A stretch of 64,000 bases of DNA from Gemmatimonadota bacterium (GCA_022564055.1 JADFMD010000001.1:2738-66737); one strand, 5' to 3'; counted from the first letter of the stretch, positions 39,579 to 50,542 are shown. Made by a program: numbers and translations. The notes: generated by a model not told the origin, from the sequence alone.

Positions 39579-40938
39579 CCACCCCTTTCGTCCGCAGCCA
39601 AGATTCCATCTCGCTGCGAATCGCTGTCAGTTGCTCCTCCGTCTCGGCTTCATAACGCGCCACGATGATCGGCTGCGTATTCGACGCTCTGAGGAGGCCC
39701 CACCCACCATCGAACCGGACCCGAGCGCCGTCGACGTCGATCACGTCTCGGGTCTCGCTGAAGTGTTTCTGTGCCGCCTCCACGATCGCGAACTTGGTCT
39801 CCTCGGTCACGTCGATGCGCAACTCCGGCGTGGATACATAGACCGGAAAATCCGAGACCATCTCCGAAAGAGTACGCCCGGACCGTGCGATCAGGTCCAC
39901 GAGCCGGCAGGCCGCATACGGCGCATCATCGAAACCGAGATAATTGTCGGCTATACAGATATGGCCGGACAGTTCGCCCCCGAGCACCGCCCCGGTCTCC
40001 CTCATTTTCTCCTTGATCAGGGAGTGGCCGGTCTTCCACATGATGGCGTCCCCACCGGCCTTTTCAAATTCCTCCGACACGACCTGAGAACATTTTACGT
40101 CGAAGACGAGCCGTTGCCCCGGTCCCCGGTTGCGGAGGATGTCGAGCCCGAACAACAGGAGCAGGACGTCCCCGCGAACGATCTGGCCATGCTCGTCAAC
40201 GGCCCCGATACGATCTGCGTCCCCGTCGAACCCGATGCCCAAATCGGCTCCCTCGCGACGTACCGTTTCGATCAAGTCCACCAGGTTCTCGTCCACAGTG
40301 GGATCCGGATGATGATTCGGAAACGTCCCATCGGACTCACAATAAAGGGGAACGACCTCGGCACCCAACGCTTCGAGTAACTCGACCCCCACCAGCGATC
40401 CGACTCCGTTTCCACAATCCAGTACGACCTTCACCGGGCGAGCGAGATCGAATCGCCCAGCCAGATCCGCCACGTAGCGACCCAAGACCTCTACGCGTTC
40501 GGAGGCCCCCTCGCCTTCTTTGAAATCCCGCTCGAGGATCGAGGCCTTAACGGCTTGAATCTGGGCGCCGTATACCGACTTCCCCTGGAGCGTCATCTTG
40601 ATGCCGTTCCATTCGGGCGGGTTGTGGGAACCCGTGACCTGAATGCCACCATCCGCGGGTAGGGTCTTCTCGGCCCAGTAAAGTGTGGGCGTGGGAACGG
40701 TGCCGACATCTACGACGTCGGCGCCGGAGCCGTTGAGCCCGCGGATCAAGGCTTCAGCCAGTTCCGGGGAAGAGGGGCGGTTGTCCCGCCCGACAACGAT
40801 TCGAAGAGGCCGGCCAAGTCGTCGAGCGCCCAAGGTCGCGTAAGCCCGCCCGACGCCCTCAGAGATCTCGGGAGTCAGCTCATTTTCCACGAGACCGCGA
40901 ATATCGTACTGGCGGAAAATATGTTCAGGGACCGACAT
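39571..40938 (-). CDS. phosphomannomutase/phosphoglucomutase
   Basis: Phosphoserine loop TGSHNPPEWNGIK, Mg site GFDGDADR, GGELSGH. Start at ATG 40938 (MSVPEHIFRQYDIRG). Confidence 0.9.
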   Translation of the reverse strand: MSVPEHIFRQYDIRGLVENELTPEISEGVGRAYATLGARRLGRPLRIVVGRDNRPSSPELAEALIRGLNGSGADVVDVGTVPTPTLYWAEKTLPADGGIQVTGSHNPPEWNGIKMTLQGKSVYGAQIQAVKASILERDFKEGEGASERVEVLGRYVADLAGRFDLARPVKVVLDCGNGVGSLVGVELLEALGAEVVPLYCESDGTFPNHHPDPTVDENLVDLIETVRREGADLGIGFDGDADRIGAVDEHGQIVRGDVLLLLFGLDILRNRGPGQRLVFDVKCSQVVSEEFEKAGGDAIMWKTGHSLIKEKMRETGAVLGGELSGHICIADNYLGFDDAPYAACRLVDLIARSGRTLSEMVSDFPVYVSTPELRIDVTEETKFAIVEAAQKHFSETRDVIDVDGARVRFDGGWGLLRASNTQPIIVARYEAETEEQLTAIRSEMESWLRTKGVVV

Positions 40939-40973
40939 GGAACCGTCGCAGGTTGGATTGCGGGTGTGTGAAT

Positions 40974-42485
40974 CTAAGGAGCCAGACCGGTGAGCCCAGG
41001 GCCCACCGCGGAAAGACCACTGACGCTCGACCGAGCCCATTCCATCGTGGCTCCCGGAAAAACGCCGAAATAGAGGACCAGGACCACTCCGGTTATCAGG
41101 GCCAGGCGCATGGGAAGCGATACATCGATCGGCTCGTCGGTAGCTCCGTCAGGTGCGTCCCGCATCCACATGTACCATGCCACGCGAAGGTAATACCAGT
41201 ACGAAGCCACGGTGGTGAGGACGAGGATGACCGAGAGGTATACCAGGTCGGCCTCCATCGCACCCTGAAGGAGAAATACCTTCCCGATGAAACCTCCGGT
41301 TCCGGGAAAACCGGCCAGCGAAAGAAGAAAAACCGTAAAGAGGACGCCCAGCCATGGGTGCTTCCAACCGAACCCGGCGTATTCCTGGATCTCGAGACGC
41401 TCCTCGCTCTGGCCCGATACGAGAATCACGACGCCGAACGCGCCGATATTCATGAGCGTGTAGATCAGCAGATAGAACAGGAGCCCGGCAGCGGCCGTTT
41501 CATTCGCCGCGACGATCGCCACCATGAGATAGCCGGCGTGGGCAATACCGGAGTACGCAAGCATCCGCTTTACATTGACCTGAACCGTGGCGATGAGATT
41601 GGCGACCACCATGGTGATCACGGCCAGCCACCAAAGAATCGCCCACCAACGCTCATAGGCGCCGACGAAGGCGACCGAGAAGACCCGGAGGAAGGCCAAA
41701 AACACGCCCGCTTTGACGGCCACGGACATGAAGGCCGTAACCGGAGTCGGTGCCCCCTCATAGACATCGGGCGTCCACATGTGGAACGGGACCACGGAGA
41801 CCTTGAAGGAAAAGCCAACCGCGAGAAGGGCTATACCGAACACGAGAAGCGCACCGTGCGCATTTCCGCTCGCGACGGAATCCGCGATAACCGAGATATG
41901 CATGCTGCCCGTGGCGCCATACACGAGCGCTATCCCGTAGAGAAAAAACCCGGTGGAGAAAGCACCCAGCAAGAAGTACTTGAGGCCGGCCTCGGCCGAC
42001 TTGGGATCCCGGCGGTTGAAAGCGGCCAGGACGTACACCGCGATCGAAAGGATTTCCAAGCCGAGAAAGATGATGATGAGATCGCGCGCCGCCGCCATGA
42101 TCATCAATCCCACGGTCGAAAAGATCAGCAGTGCATAAAATTCGGCGGCCTGAAGACGCTGCCGCCGGACGTAGTCTTGACTGATCAGGATTCCGAGTCC
42201 GGCGCCGGCGAGAAGGATCCAGTTCGAGAACAACGCAAATCCGTCCAGCGCGACCATCGAATGCGTGCCCACTTCCGTGACACTGTAAAGCCAACCGTTA
42301 CTGAGCGCGGCGGCGAGGATCCCCGCCAGGGAAAGCCATCCCAGGTGGGCCGCCGATCCCTCCGGACCGTGGGAGTGGCGAGGACTCACACCGATCATGA
42401 GGATCACCATTCCCCACACGGATAAAATGATCTCCGGCGCGAGCGCTACGATGAAATGCGCCTGATGGCTGAAATCGAGTTCCAT
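40974..42485 (-). CDS. nuoN: NADH-quinone oxidoreductase subunit N
   Basis: Polytopic antiporter-like subunit (about 14 TM helices) and last gene of the nuo operon order. Confidence 0.9.
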   Translation of the reverse strand: MELDFSHQAHFIVALAPEIILSVWGMVILMIGVSPRHSHGPEGSAAHLGWLSLAGILAAALSNGWLYSVTEVGTHSMVALDGFALFSNWILLAGAGLGILISQDYVRRQRLQAAEFYALLIFSTVGLMIMAAARDLIIIFLGLEILSIAVYVLAAFNRRDPKSAEAGLKYFLLGAFSTGFFLYGIALVYGATGSMHISVIADSVASGNAHGALLVFGIALLAVGFSFKVSVVPFHMWTPDVYEGAPTPVTAFMSVAVKAGVFLAFLRVFSVAFVGAYERWWAILWWLAVITMVVANLIATVQVNVKRMLAYSGIAHAGYLMVAIVAANETAAAGLLFYLLIYTLMNIGAFGVVILVSGQSEERLEIQEYAGFGWKHPWLGVLFTVFLLSLAGFPGTGGFIGKVFLLQGAMEADLVYLSVILVLTTVASYWYYLRVAWYMWMRDAPDGATDEPIDVSLPMRLALITGVVLVLYFGVFPGATMEWARSSVSGLSAVGPGLTGLAP

Positions 42486-42491
42486 ACCCGT

Positions 42492-44063
42492 CTACTCCAC
42501 CCTCTCCACGGTCTCCACGGTCTCTTCCTGGACGGATTCGATGAGGGCAGCGCTGGGGGGGGCCGCGGCGTACACGCGCTCGAGCACCATCTGGACGCTC
42601 GGCTCCATCCGGCGCAACAGCGGCGTGGGATGTACGCCAATCACGATCATGAGGGCGATCATGGGCGCCAAGATGACCACCTCGCGGCGGGACAGATCTC
42701 GAACCTCCCGGTTTTCCGGCTTTTCCAGGGCGTTGAAGAAGACGCTCTGAACCATCGGCAGCATATAGTAGGCGGCGAAGATGACCCCGCTCGTCGCGAG
42801 GATGCCCACGCCAGGATGATTCTCGAAGACACCCAGGAGCGTGAGGAACTCCCCGACGAACCCGCTCGTGCCCGGCAACCCGATGGACACCAGAGCCGTG
42901 ATCACGAACGCGGTGGCCAACCAGGGTGCCACGCGCCCGATACCACCGAATTCCTTGATCAGCCGGGTATGGCGACGCTCATATAACATGCCGATCAGAA
43001 GGAAGAGCGCGCCCGTCGAGATTCCGTGGGAGATCATGACCAGCAACCCCCCTTGGAGTCCGTTCACGTTGAGGGCGAATATGCCGATGACCACGAACCC
43101 CATGTGCGCCACGGAGGTGTACGCCACCAGCTTTTTCGCGTCGGGCTGAACCGCGGCGACCCAGGCCGCGTAGATGATGCCGATCACCCCCAGGGTGAGC
43201 ATGAGCGTCACCACGTTCGGATGTCGAGCCGCGAGGGGAAAGAACGGCAACAGGAACCGCACGAACCCGTACGTCCCCATCTTGAGAAGGACCGCCGCCA
43301 GCACGACCGACCCCGGCGTCGGTGCCTCGACGTGGGCGTCCGGCAGCCAGGTGTGAAATGGGAAAATGGGAACCTTGATGGCGAACGCCAATGCGAAGGC
43401 CCCGAACAGCCACATCTGCTCTTGGGGTGTCAGCGGAATCTGGAGCAGGTCCACGAAGGCGAAAGAAGTCACGCCCAACAACGCTTTTCCCCGAGCGTAT
43501 ATGTAAAGAATCCCCACCAACATCAGCAGGGAGCCGAACGCGGTGTAAAGGAAGAACTTTATCGCCGCGTAGACCCGCCGCTCCCCTCCCCAGATTCCGA
43601 TGATGAAGTACATCGGAACCAGCGTGAGCTCGAAGAAAACGTAGAAGAGGAACAGGTCCACGGCCGAAAACACGCCTACGACGCCGACCTCGAGAAGAAG
43701 CATGAGCGCATAGAAGGCCTTCTGGCGCTTCTTGATGTAATTGAACGAGCCGAGGATGGCGAGCGGGGTCGTGAAGGTGCTCAGCAGGACCATGAAAAGG
43801 CTGATCCCGTCGAGGCCGAGCGCATAGTTCACACCCCATACGGCGATCCAGGGCAGGCTGCTCGTCAGCTGATACCCGCCGCCGAGGGCCGGGTCGTAGG
43901 CCCACCAAAGCCCGACGCTCAGTACGAAGACCACGAGGCTCCAACGCAGCGCCAGCCACTTGGCCCGATCCTCGGCAGCCCACAGTACATGGAAGGTCCC
44001 GAGGAGCGGAAGCCAGATCAGAGCGTGCAAAATCCAGCTCTCGTATGCGAGTGCGCTCAACAT
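42492..44063 (-). CDS. nuoM: NADH-quinone oxidoreductase subunit M
   Basis: Antiporter-like; FPFHTWLPDAHVEAPTPGSVVLAAVLLKMGTYG. Lies between nuoL and nuoN. Confidence 0.93.
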   Translation of the reverse strand: MLSALAYESWILHALIWLPLLGTFHVLWAAEDRAKWLALRWSLVVFVLSVGLWWAYDPALGGGYQLTSSLPWIAVWGVNYALGLDGISLFMVLLSTFTTPLAILGSFNYIKKRQKAFYALMLLLEVGVVGVFSAVDLFLFYVFFELTLVPMYFIIGIWGGERRVYAAIKFFLYTAFGSLLMLVGILYIYARGKALLGVTSFAFVDLLQIPLTPQEQMWLFGAFALAFAIKVPIFPFHTWLPDAHVEAPTPGSVVLAAVLLKMGTYGFVRFLLPFFPLAARHPNVVTLMLTLGVIGIIYAAWVAAVQPDAKKLVAYTSVAHMGFVVIGIFALNVNGLQGGLLVMISHGISTGALFLLIGMLYERRHTRLIKEFGGIGRVAPWLATAFVITALVSIGLPGTSGFVGEFLTLLGVFENHPGVGILATSGVIFAAYYMLPMVQSVFFNALEKPENREVRDLSRREVVILAPMIALMIVIGVHPTPLLRRMEPSVQMVLERVYAAAPPSAALIESVQEETVETVERVE

Positions 44064-46220
44064 CTAGAACCCTATCATCGCAAGGATCACCAATACCCCG
44101 AGGGTGAAGAAAAACGCATACGTGTTGACCTGCCCCGTCTGCAACAAGCTCCCCAGCCACCCGATCGCCCGAGCGGCGTTGCCCACCAAATTGACGGCTC
44201 CGTCGATGATCCGGGTATCCACGATCCGCCACAGGACCCGGGAGGTGGTCAGGACGGGATCGACCACCCACCGATGATAGAATTCGTCGACGTACCACTT
44301 GTTGAAAAGAATTCGGGAGAGGCCCGTCGGCTCCGCATCCTCCACCGCCACCGGTACTTCTTTTCTCCCGAGGAGCCGTGCGGTCACCAGGACTACGGCC
44401 AAAGCGGCGACGGTCGAGATGAGCCCCCACGCTACCTCTCCACCCCCGAGGGGTGCGGCGTGCGCGAGCTCCCCGAGGTGGGCCTCCTGAACCCGGTGGG
44501 CGGCCTCCGTGACGGGCTCGAGCCAGTGGTGGAGCCATTCGCCCATCGGGAGCGCCCCGAACCCTCCCAGGACGGACTCCCTGAGATCCGTCGTCACGTT
44601 GATCCACCCTCCGAAGACCGAAAGTGTCGCCAAGATCGCGAGGGGAATCCACATCGTTTTCGGCGCCTCGTGGAGATGCTCGGCCCCCGTCGCTCCGGTC
44701 CGGTTCCGGCCGTGGAAGGTCATGACCATCAGTCGCGTCATGTAGAACGCGGTGAGCATGGCCGTGGCCAACGCCAGAACCCAATAGACCGTGTAGAGGC
44801 CTGCGTACGGCGCGTTCTCCGCGCCCGCCATCGCACCGGTCATCCAGATAATTTCGTCTTTCGAGAAGAACCCCGCGAAAGGCCAGATTCCTGCGATCGC
44901 CAGGGTGGCGAGCCACATTGCGATCCACGTGATCGGCATGTACGCCCTGAGTCCACCCATATTCCGCATGTCCTGGGCGTCCCAATCCTTGTTCGAATGA
45001 TGAAGCGCGTGCTGTATCGAGTGGATGACGGCTCCCGCTCCCAAGAAAAGAAGCGCCTTGAAGAAGGCGTGCGTCATGAGATGGAAGATGCCGGCGGTGT
45101 ACGCGCCCACGCCCACACCCAAAAACATGAAACCCAACTGCGAGACCGTGGAATACGCCAAGACCTTCTTGATGTCCTGTTGCCTCAAGGCGACGGTCGC
45201 CGCGAAGAGCGCCGTAAGCACACCGATCCCGGCCACCACGGCGCTGCTGAGCGGGGCGAGCGCAAACAGTACGGAGGACCGCACAACCAGGTAGACCCCG
45301 GCGGTCACCATCGTGGCCGCATGGATGAGGGCGGACACGGGCGTCGGACCCGCCATGGCATCGGGCAGCCAGATGTGAAGCGGAATCTGAGCGCTCTTAC
45401 CCACGGCGGCCAACAGGAAGAACAGCGTCACGGTGGTGATCACCGGGCCACCGTACACGAATACCGACTCCGCGTCCCCAAAGATGCCGGCGTAGTCGAC
45501 CCGCTGGAACACCAGGTACAAAAGGAAGATCGCGAGGAGGAAGCCGAGATCCCCGATTCGGTTCACGATGAACGCCTTCTTCCCGGCGGAGGCTTTTTCC
45601 TCGTCACTGAACCAGAATCCGATCAGGAGGTAGGAGCACAGCCCCACCCCCTCCCAACCGATGAACATGATGGGATAACTGGCTCCCATGACCAGGACCA
45701 GCATGAAGAAGATGAACAGGTTCAGGTAAGCGAAATACCGTGGGTATCCTGGATCATTCTGCATGTACCCGACGCTGAAGACGTGGATCAGGAACCCAAC
45801 CCCGGTGATGATCATCATCATCACCATCGACAGCTGGTCGAGCTGGATCGCGGCGGCAATGTTCAAATCGCCCGTGGTGATCCAGGACCAATAGCTACGG
45901 ATCACAGGTTCGTGGAGCTCGGCGCCGAGCATCCCGACGAAGTTCACCACGGTGAGCAGGAACGCCAGGAGCAAGACCCCCGGGCCCACCCACGTCGGCA
46001 AAGTGTGCGTAACCGCGCGCCCGTTCCCGAAGAAGTCGAACTCCCGTCCGGCGCGGACCGCATCTGCCGATTTCCGGGCTGCGGCCAGGGCCAACGCGCC
46101 GTTGATGGCGAAACCCAACAGCGGCAAAAGGATGATGAGCCCCGGAAGCACCGGTTCCCAGGCGGCTTGCGAGTCCTCGAGTCCGGGGGCCTGTAACAGA
46201 AGAAGACCGAAGGGCCTCAC
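44064..46220 (-). CDS. nuoL: NADH-quinone oxidoreductase subunit L
   Basis: HIWLPDAMAGPTPVSALIHAATMVTAGVY. Long C-terminal lateral-helix region. 718 aa, GTG start. Confidence 0.95.
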   Translation of the reverse strand: MRPFGLLLLQAPGLEDSQAAWEPVLPGLIILLPLLGFAINGALALAAARKSADAVRAGREFDFFGNGRAVTHTLPTWVGPGVLLLAFLLTVVNFVGMLGAELHEPVIRSYWSWITTGDLNIAAAIQLDQLSMVMMMIITGVGFLIHVFSVGYMQNDPGYPRYFAYLNLFIFFMLVLVMGASYPIMFIGWEGVGLCSYLLIGFWFSDEEKASAGKKAFIVNRIGDLGFLLAIFLLYLVFQRVDYAGIFGDAESVFVYGGPVITTVTLFFLLAAVGKSAQIPLHIWLPDAMAGPTPVSALIHAATMVTAGVYLVVRSSVLFALAPLSSAVVAGIGVLTALFAATVALRQQDIKKVLAYSTVSQLGFMFLGVGVGAYTAGIFHLMTHAFFKALLFLGAGAVIHSIQHALHHSNKDWDAQDMRNMGGLRAYMPITWIAMWLATLAIAGIWPFAGFFSKDEIIWMTGAMAGAENAPYAGLYTVYWVLALATAMLTAFYMTRLMVMTFHGRNRTGATGAEHLHEAPKTMWIPLAILATLSVFGGWINVTTDLRESVLGGFGALPMGEWLHHWLEPVTEAAHRVQEAHLGELAHAAPLGGGEVAWGLISTVAALAVVLVTARLLGRKEVPVAVEDAEPTGLSRILFNKWYVDEFYHRWVVDPVLTTSRVLWRIVDTRIIDGAVNLVGNAARAIGWLGSLLQTGQVNTYAFFFTLGVLVILAMIGF

Positions 46221-46224
46221 CGGC

Positions 46225-46518
46225 TCACCACTTGAGGCGGGTGAAGCTGTCCACGTTCACCGTCTCGTAGTGGCGGAATATCGAGATGATGATCGCCAAA
46301 CCCACCGCGGCTTCCGCCGCGGCGACGGCCATGACAAAAAACACGAAGACCTGACCCTCGATGCCTACATACCGCGAAAAAGCCACGAATGTCAGGTTCA
46401 CCGCATTCAGCTGGAGCTCGATACAAAGAAACATGATGACCGCGTTTCGGCGCACGATCACACCCAGGGTTCCTATCACGAAAATCAGCCCGGCGAGAAC
46501 GAGTGACTCGGCGAGCAC
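46225..46518 (-). CDS. nuoK: NADH-quinone oxidoreductase subunit K
   Basis: 97 aa, 3 TM helices, [17 protein letters not shown]. Confidence 0.93.
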   Translation of the reverse strand: MLAESLVLAGLIFVIGTLGVIVRRNAVIMFLCIELQLNAVNLTFVAFSRYVGIEGQVFVFFVMAVAAAEAAVGLAIIISIFRHYETVNVDSFTRLKW

Positions 46519-46520
46519 CG

Positions 46521-47042
46521 TCAGGACGCCTTCTTGGCTAGAGCGATCGCGCCAACAATGGCTACGAGAAGCAGGAGCCCCGTCAACTCGAAGGCAACCA
46601 CGTAGTCGGTAAAGAGCGGTCGTGCGATCGCCCCCACCGCGCCATACTCCCGCAACGCCGCATCGATCGCGTCACCGGCGCCGAGATTCGTCTCGAGACC
46701 GGCCGTGCCGCCCCCCAGCTGTCGAGCCAGCAGGCCACCGATACCACCCGTCACCGCAAATCCAATGATCATCGCGACGTTGCCTCGGATATCCCGCTGG
46801 TAGTCGTGCCCGAGGTTGAGCAGCATGATCACGAACAGGAAGAGCACCATGATCGCACCGGCATAGACCAAAATCTGGATCGCCGCGAGGAAATGGGCCT
46901 CCAGAAGTACGAAGATCCCCGCTGTGCTGGCCAAGGTCGCCACCATGAACAACAGGCTCGCCACAGGACTGCGGCTCACCACCACCCCCACGGCACCGCC
47001 CACCGCTACCGCCGCAAAAATGAAGAACAAGATTTCAGGCAA
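46521..47042 (-). CDS. nuoJ: NADH-quinone oxidoreductase subunit J
   Basis: 173 aa; [29 protein letters not shown]. Confidence 0.9.
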   Translation of the reverse strand: MPEILFFIFAAVAVGGAVGVVVSRSPVASLLFMVATLASTAGIFVLLEAHFLAAIQILVYAGAIMVLFLFVIMLLNLGHDYQRDIRGNVAMIIGFAVTGGIGGLLARQLGGGTAGLETNLGAGDAIDAALREYGAVGAIARPLFTDYVVAFELTGLLLLVAIVGAIALAKKAS

Positions 47043-47066
47043 AGGACCATCCCGTTCTAACGCGCA

Positions 47067-47567
47067 TCATTCGCCGGCGGGATCCGCGGGATCCCATAAC
47101 AACGCGGACGGATGATCCTGTTGCATCAACCGATCCAGATCGTACACAAAACGGTCTCGCGTGTATTCCGAGTTCTCGAAGTCACGGCCCATGTGGATCG
47201 CCTCGACCGGACACACCTCCTGACACATCCCGCAAAAAATACACCGGAACTCGTCGATCTCGAACACGATGGGGTATCGGTTGCCCTGGTCGTCCTCCCC
47301 ACCGACGAGACGGATGCAGTTGGCCGGACACACCGTCGGGCACAGACCACAGGCAACGCACTTGGGGCGTCCGTCCGCATGAACCTCCATGACGTGCGTG
47401 CCACGCCACCGGGGGCTCAGTTCGGTCTGCTCCTCGGGGTACTGCTGCGTCACCGTTTTCGGGCTCAGCATGTGGCGGAGCGTCAGGGCCATCCCCTTGA
47501 ACGCGGCCCGCAGGTAGGAGATCCGCCTCGGATCCGGTCTTTGTATGACCTTCGTATTTATCGCCAT
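47067..47567 (-). CDS. nuoI: NADH-quinone oxidoreductase subunit I
   Basis: Two 4Fe-4S ferredoxin motifs: CVACGLCPTVCP and CIFCGMCQEVCP. Confidence 0.95.
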   Translation of the reverse strand: MAINTKVIQRPDPRRISYLRAAFKGMALTLRHMLSPKTVTQQYPEEQTELSPRWRGTHVMEVHADGRPKCVACGLCPTVCPANCIRLVGGEDDQGNRYPIVFEIDEFRCIFCGMCQEVCPVEAIHMGRDFENSEYTRDRFVYDLDRLMQQDHPSALLWDPADPAGE

Positions 47568-47612
47568 CTCATTGTTCCATAATAGCTTAGGGACTTTGAA
47601 CTGATGTTGTTT

Positions 47613-48953
47613 CTAATCATTTATGGTCGCTCCTTCACCCACCATCGTCTCTCTCTCAACAGCCGAAGGCTCGGGCGCGACGGCATGATGCCTCGCCGCG
47701 GCACCCTTGATGATGCGGCCACGATCGAGGAAGAAAACGAACGCCACCGTACAGATGGCGCTGACGGCGGTGAGCGCCAGTCCGTGAGCCAAACCGGAAA
47801 CGCCCAACTCGTCCAGGACGAGTATCGTCGTAGCGACAACCATGATGTAGGCCAACGCGGTGGGCAGCATGACCTTCCACCCCAACTCCATCACCTGATC
47901 GTAGCGAAAACGTGGCACGGTCCACCGAACCCAGATGTAGAGGAGCAGGAAGAACCCAGTCTTGGCGGCGAAGCCAGCGAAGGTCAACAACGTCTTCCAA
48001 ACTGCCGGAGCGGCGGCGACGGGGAGCCCCGATGCATCGAAGCCCCTGATCAGTTCGCCCTGGTACCAAAAGGCATCGTCCCACGAGCCAGGGAGGTCCC
48101 AGCCGCCAAAAAAGAGCGTGGCCATGAGCGCCGACGCCGTCAGCATATGGGCATATTCGGCAATGAAGAACATGGAAAATTTCATCGCCGAGTATTCGGT
48201 GTGGAATCCGGTGATGAGCTCCGACTCCGCCTCGGGCATGTCGAACGGCAACCGGTTCGTTTCGGCAAACGCCGAGATCACGAACAGGATGAACCCCAAC
48301 GAAAGTGGAAGCGCGAACCAGAGGCCCAGCTGCTGCTGTCGCCATACGATCTCGGTGAGCGTGACGCCGCCGGCCAACATGAGCACCACGATCACGCTCA
48401 GGCCGAGAGCCACTTCGTAACTGACCATCTGGGCGGAAGCCCGCAGGGCCCCCAGGAACGCATATTTGTTGTTGGACGCCCATCCCCCGATCACGATTCC
48501 ATACACGCCCAGGGAGCTGAGCGCGAGAATGTAAAGGATACCGATCGGCACGTCGGCGATGATCATGTCGACGACCCCCCACGGCGTGGGAAGCGGAGCC
48601 GCGAAGGGGATCACCGCGAACAGGACGAGCGCGGGACCCATCGCCAGCATCGGCCCTAGCATGAAGTAGAGCTTCGAGGCCGTTCCGGGGAGGGCTTCTT
48701 CCTTGACGAGATTTTTGAGGCCATCTGCGATCGGCTGGAGTAGCCCGAACGGACCCACTCGATTGGGGCCAAGCCGGTCCTGAATGAACGCCGAAATTCG
48801 CCGCTCGGCGAGCGTGGTGTAAGCCACGGTCAGCATCACTACGCCGAACATGACGGTGATCTTTATCGAGGTGGCCACAAGGAGCGGGATCCCGGCGATC
48901 GGAGTATTCACGTCAGTCACCAGCCAGGGGTACGGGCTCGCCGGTGGGGCCAC
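47613..48953 (-). CDS. nuoH: NADH-quinone oxidoreductase subunit H
   Basis: AERRISAFIQDRLGPNRVGPFGLLQPIADGLK. The C-terminus is extended relative to E. coli. An alternative GTG start at 48911 lies just after the nuoG stop (48913). Confidence 0.93.
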   Translation of the reverse strand: MAPPASPYPWLVTDVNTPIAGIPLLVATSIKITVMFGVVMLTVAYTTLAERRISAFIQDRLGPNRVGPFGLLQPIADGLKNLVKEEALPGTASKLYFMLGPMLAMGPALVLFAVIPFAAPLPTPWGVVDMIIADVPIGILYILALSSLGVYGIVIGGWASNNKYAFLGALRASAQMVSYEVALGLSVIVVLMLAGGVTLTEIVWRQQQLGLWFALPLSLGFILFVISAFAETNRLPFDMPEAESELITGFHTEYSAMKFSMFFIAEYAHMLTASALMATLFFGGWDLPGSWDDAFWYQGELIRGFDASGLPVAAAPAVWKTLLTFAGFAAKTGFFLLLYIWVRWTVPRFRYDQVMELGWKVMLPTALAYIMVVATTILVLDELGVSGLAHGLALTAVSAICTVAFVFFLDRGRIIKGAAARHHAVAPEPSAVERETMVGEGATIND

Positions 48954-50538
48954 CCCCGGCCCCGATCGACTCGTAGCTCAGCCCCTCGTACGACTCCACC
49001 GAATCGACCACAAGACTGAATGCCTGCTCAGCCCGGCTCGGCCCCTCCTCATCCTGAAGTGCCGCCAAGAGCGCACCGAGCACCAGCCAAGCTGGGCGGG
49101 CCGCCCCGGGGCCCTTCAGCGCGGGCCAAAACCGTTGCACCCGTCCGACGTGGTTCGTGAACGTCCCTTCCTGTTCCGCGAACGTAGTGACCGGAAACTG
49201 GAAGTCGGCCGAGGCGAGAGCCGACGACGTGTATGCACCCAGATAGACGACCAGCGCCGCGTTGGGAGCGAAGCGCTCGAGCTGATCATCGAGTGAGTCC
49301 CCGAGGACCAGGACCACGCCCTCGTGGTCCGCGAAGTCGTCCACGCCCCCCTGCCCCGCCTTGTCGCCGACGCGAACGCAACCGAGCAGTTCCGCGCCGC
49401 GCTCGTTGGGCGCCAGGCCTTTCCGCCGAGCCAGTCCCTCGTACCCGCTCAGCGGGATCTCTTCATCGGCCTGGGGTGATCGAAATACCACCCCGCCGCC
49501 GAGACTTTCCACCAGGCGCGCGACCGCGCCGAGATCCTCGTTCGACCAGAAGGGCGACACGATCGCTTTTACCGAGTGTTCAGCCACGTCGTCGATGCGG
49601 GCCTTCAGCGCCTCGAGCGCCGCCTTCCAGCCCATCGCCCTGTTACCGCTCTCTGTGAACATGACCGGCGCCTCCAGCCGGTCGCCCCTGTTGAGCCACT
49701 CGTACCGGCCCCGTCCGTAGTCACAGATCCAGTGCCCGTTCACCTCCAGGTTGGCTCGGGGTTTCATCCGGTGCACCAGGTTGTCCCGCGTGTGCAGCTC
49801 GATGTTGCACCCCTGGCTGCAGTTCGGGCAAATGGAGGGCGTGTGTTCGAGGTCCCACGCTCGGGCCTTGTGGAGGAAGTCCTTCGACACCAGCGCGCCC
49901 ACCGGGCAGATATCCACCACGTTTCCGCCCCATGCGGCCTGGTCCAAACCCTCCTCGAAGAAGGTGTCGATCACCGACCGATTACCGCGCTCGACCACCG
50001 TGAGTAGCGGGTTTTCCTCGATCTCGTCCATGAAGCGGACGCACCGCGTGCACATGACACAACGATCCCCGTAAAAGAGGACGTCACCCCCGAAATCGTC
50101 ACGTCCGAGCACACGCTTCGCGTCGCGTCCCCGACCGTGCTCTCGGCCCTCGGCGAACACGTAGTCCTGGAGATCGCACTCCCCCGACTGGTCACAGATG
50201 GGGCAATCGAGGGGGTGGTTCAGGAGGTAGAACTCCAGCACGCCCCGCCGCATCCGCGTGGCTTCTTCGCTCTGGGTGAGGACCACCTGCCCCTCAGCCA
50301 CAGTGGTGGTGCACGACGCAAGAAGCTTGGGCGCACCCTCCACCTCGACCAGACAGAGCCGGCACATCGCCGGGGAGGAAAGACCGGGGTGATAACAGTA
50401 GTGCGGCACCTCAGTGCCGACGCCCTGCGCGGCCTGGAGCAGGGTCGTCCCCTCGGGTACCGTGACCTCCTGTCCGTCGATGGTCAGGGTCACCTCTTCG
50501 ATCTGGGCGTCGCCACCCTTGGAGGTCTTCTTGGCCAT
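48913..50538 (-). CDS. nuoG: NADH-quinone oxidoreductase subunit G (short form, about 541 aa)
   Basis: 2Fe-2S region CYHPGLSSPAMCRLC, then HPLDCPICDQSGEC and CVMCTRCVRF, CPVGAL, CPNCSQGC. The ATG at 50538 lies just after the nuoF stop (50543). Confidence 0.9.
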   Translation of the reverse strand: MAKKTSKGGDAQIEEVTLTIDGQEVTVPEGTTLLQAAQGVGTEVPHYCYHPGLSSPAMCRLCLVEVEGAPKLLASCTTTVAEGQVVLTQSEEATRMRRGVLEFYLLNHPLDCPICDQSGECDLQDYVFAEGREHGRGRDAKRVLGRDDFGGDVLFYGDRCVMCTRCVRFMDEIEENPLLTVVERGNRSVIDTFFEEGLDQAAWGGNVVDICPVGALVSKDFLHKARAWDLEHTPSICPNCSQGCNIELHTRDNLVHRMKPRANLEVNGHWICDYGRGRYEWLNRGDRLEAPVMFTESGNRAMGWKAALEALKARIDDVAEHSVKAIVSPFWSNEDLGAVARLVESLGGGVVFRSPQADEEIPLSGYEGLARRKGLAPNERGAELLGCVRVGDKAGQGGVDDFADHEGVVLVLGDSLDDQLERFAPNAALVVYLGAYTSSALASADFQFPVTTFAEQEGTFTNHVGRVQRFWPALKGPGAARPAWLVLGALLAALQDEEGPSRAEQAFSLVVDSVESYEGLSYESIGAGGGPTGEPVPLAGD

Positions 50539-50542
50539 CGCT

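Noticed and set aside
40953-42425. A 490-aa plus-strand ORF.
   Set aside because: It is antisense to nuoN. The translation is highly charged and low-complexity (runs of R, D, E, H, G) and unlike any real protein family I recognise.
42979-44985. A 668-aa minus-strand ORF overlapping nuoM/nuoL in another frame.
   Set aside because: It is out of frame with two strongly supported genes. The composition is Arg/Gly/Pro-rich and typical of off-frame translation of high-GC coding DNA.
43026-46196. A 1056-aa stop-free ORF on the plus strand, the longest ORF in the window.
   Set aside because: It lies exactly antisense to the unmistakable nuoM/nuoL genes. Its translation is low-complexity and His/Arg/Pro/Glu/Asp-rich with no recognisable motifs. 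Long antisense open frames are an expected artefact of GC-rich third codon positions.
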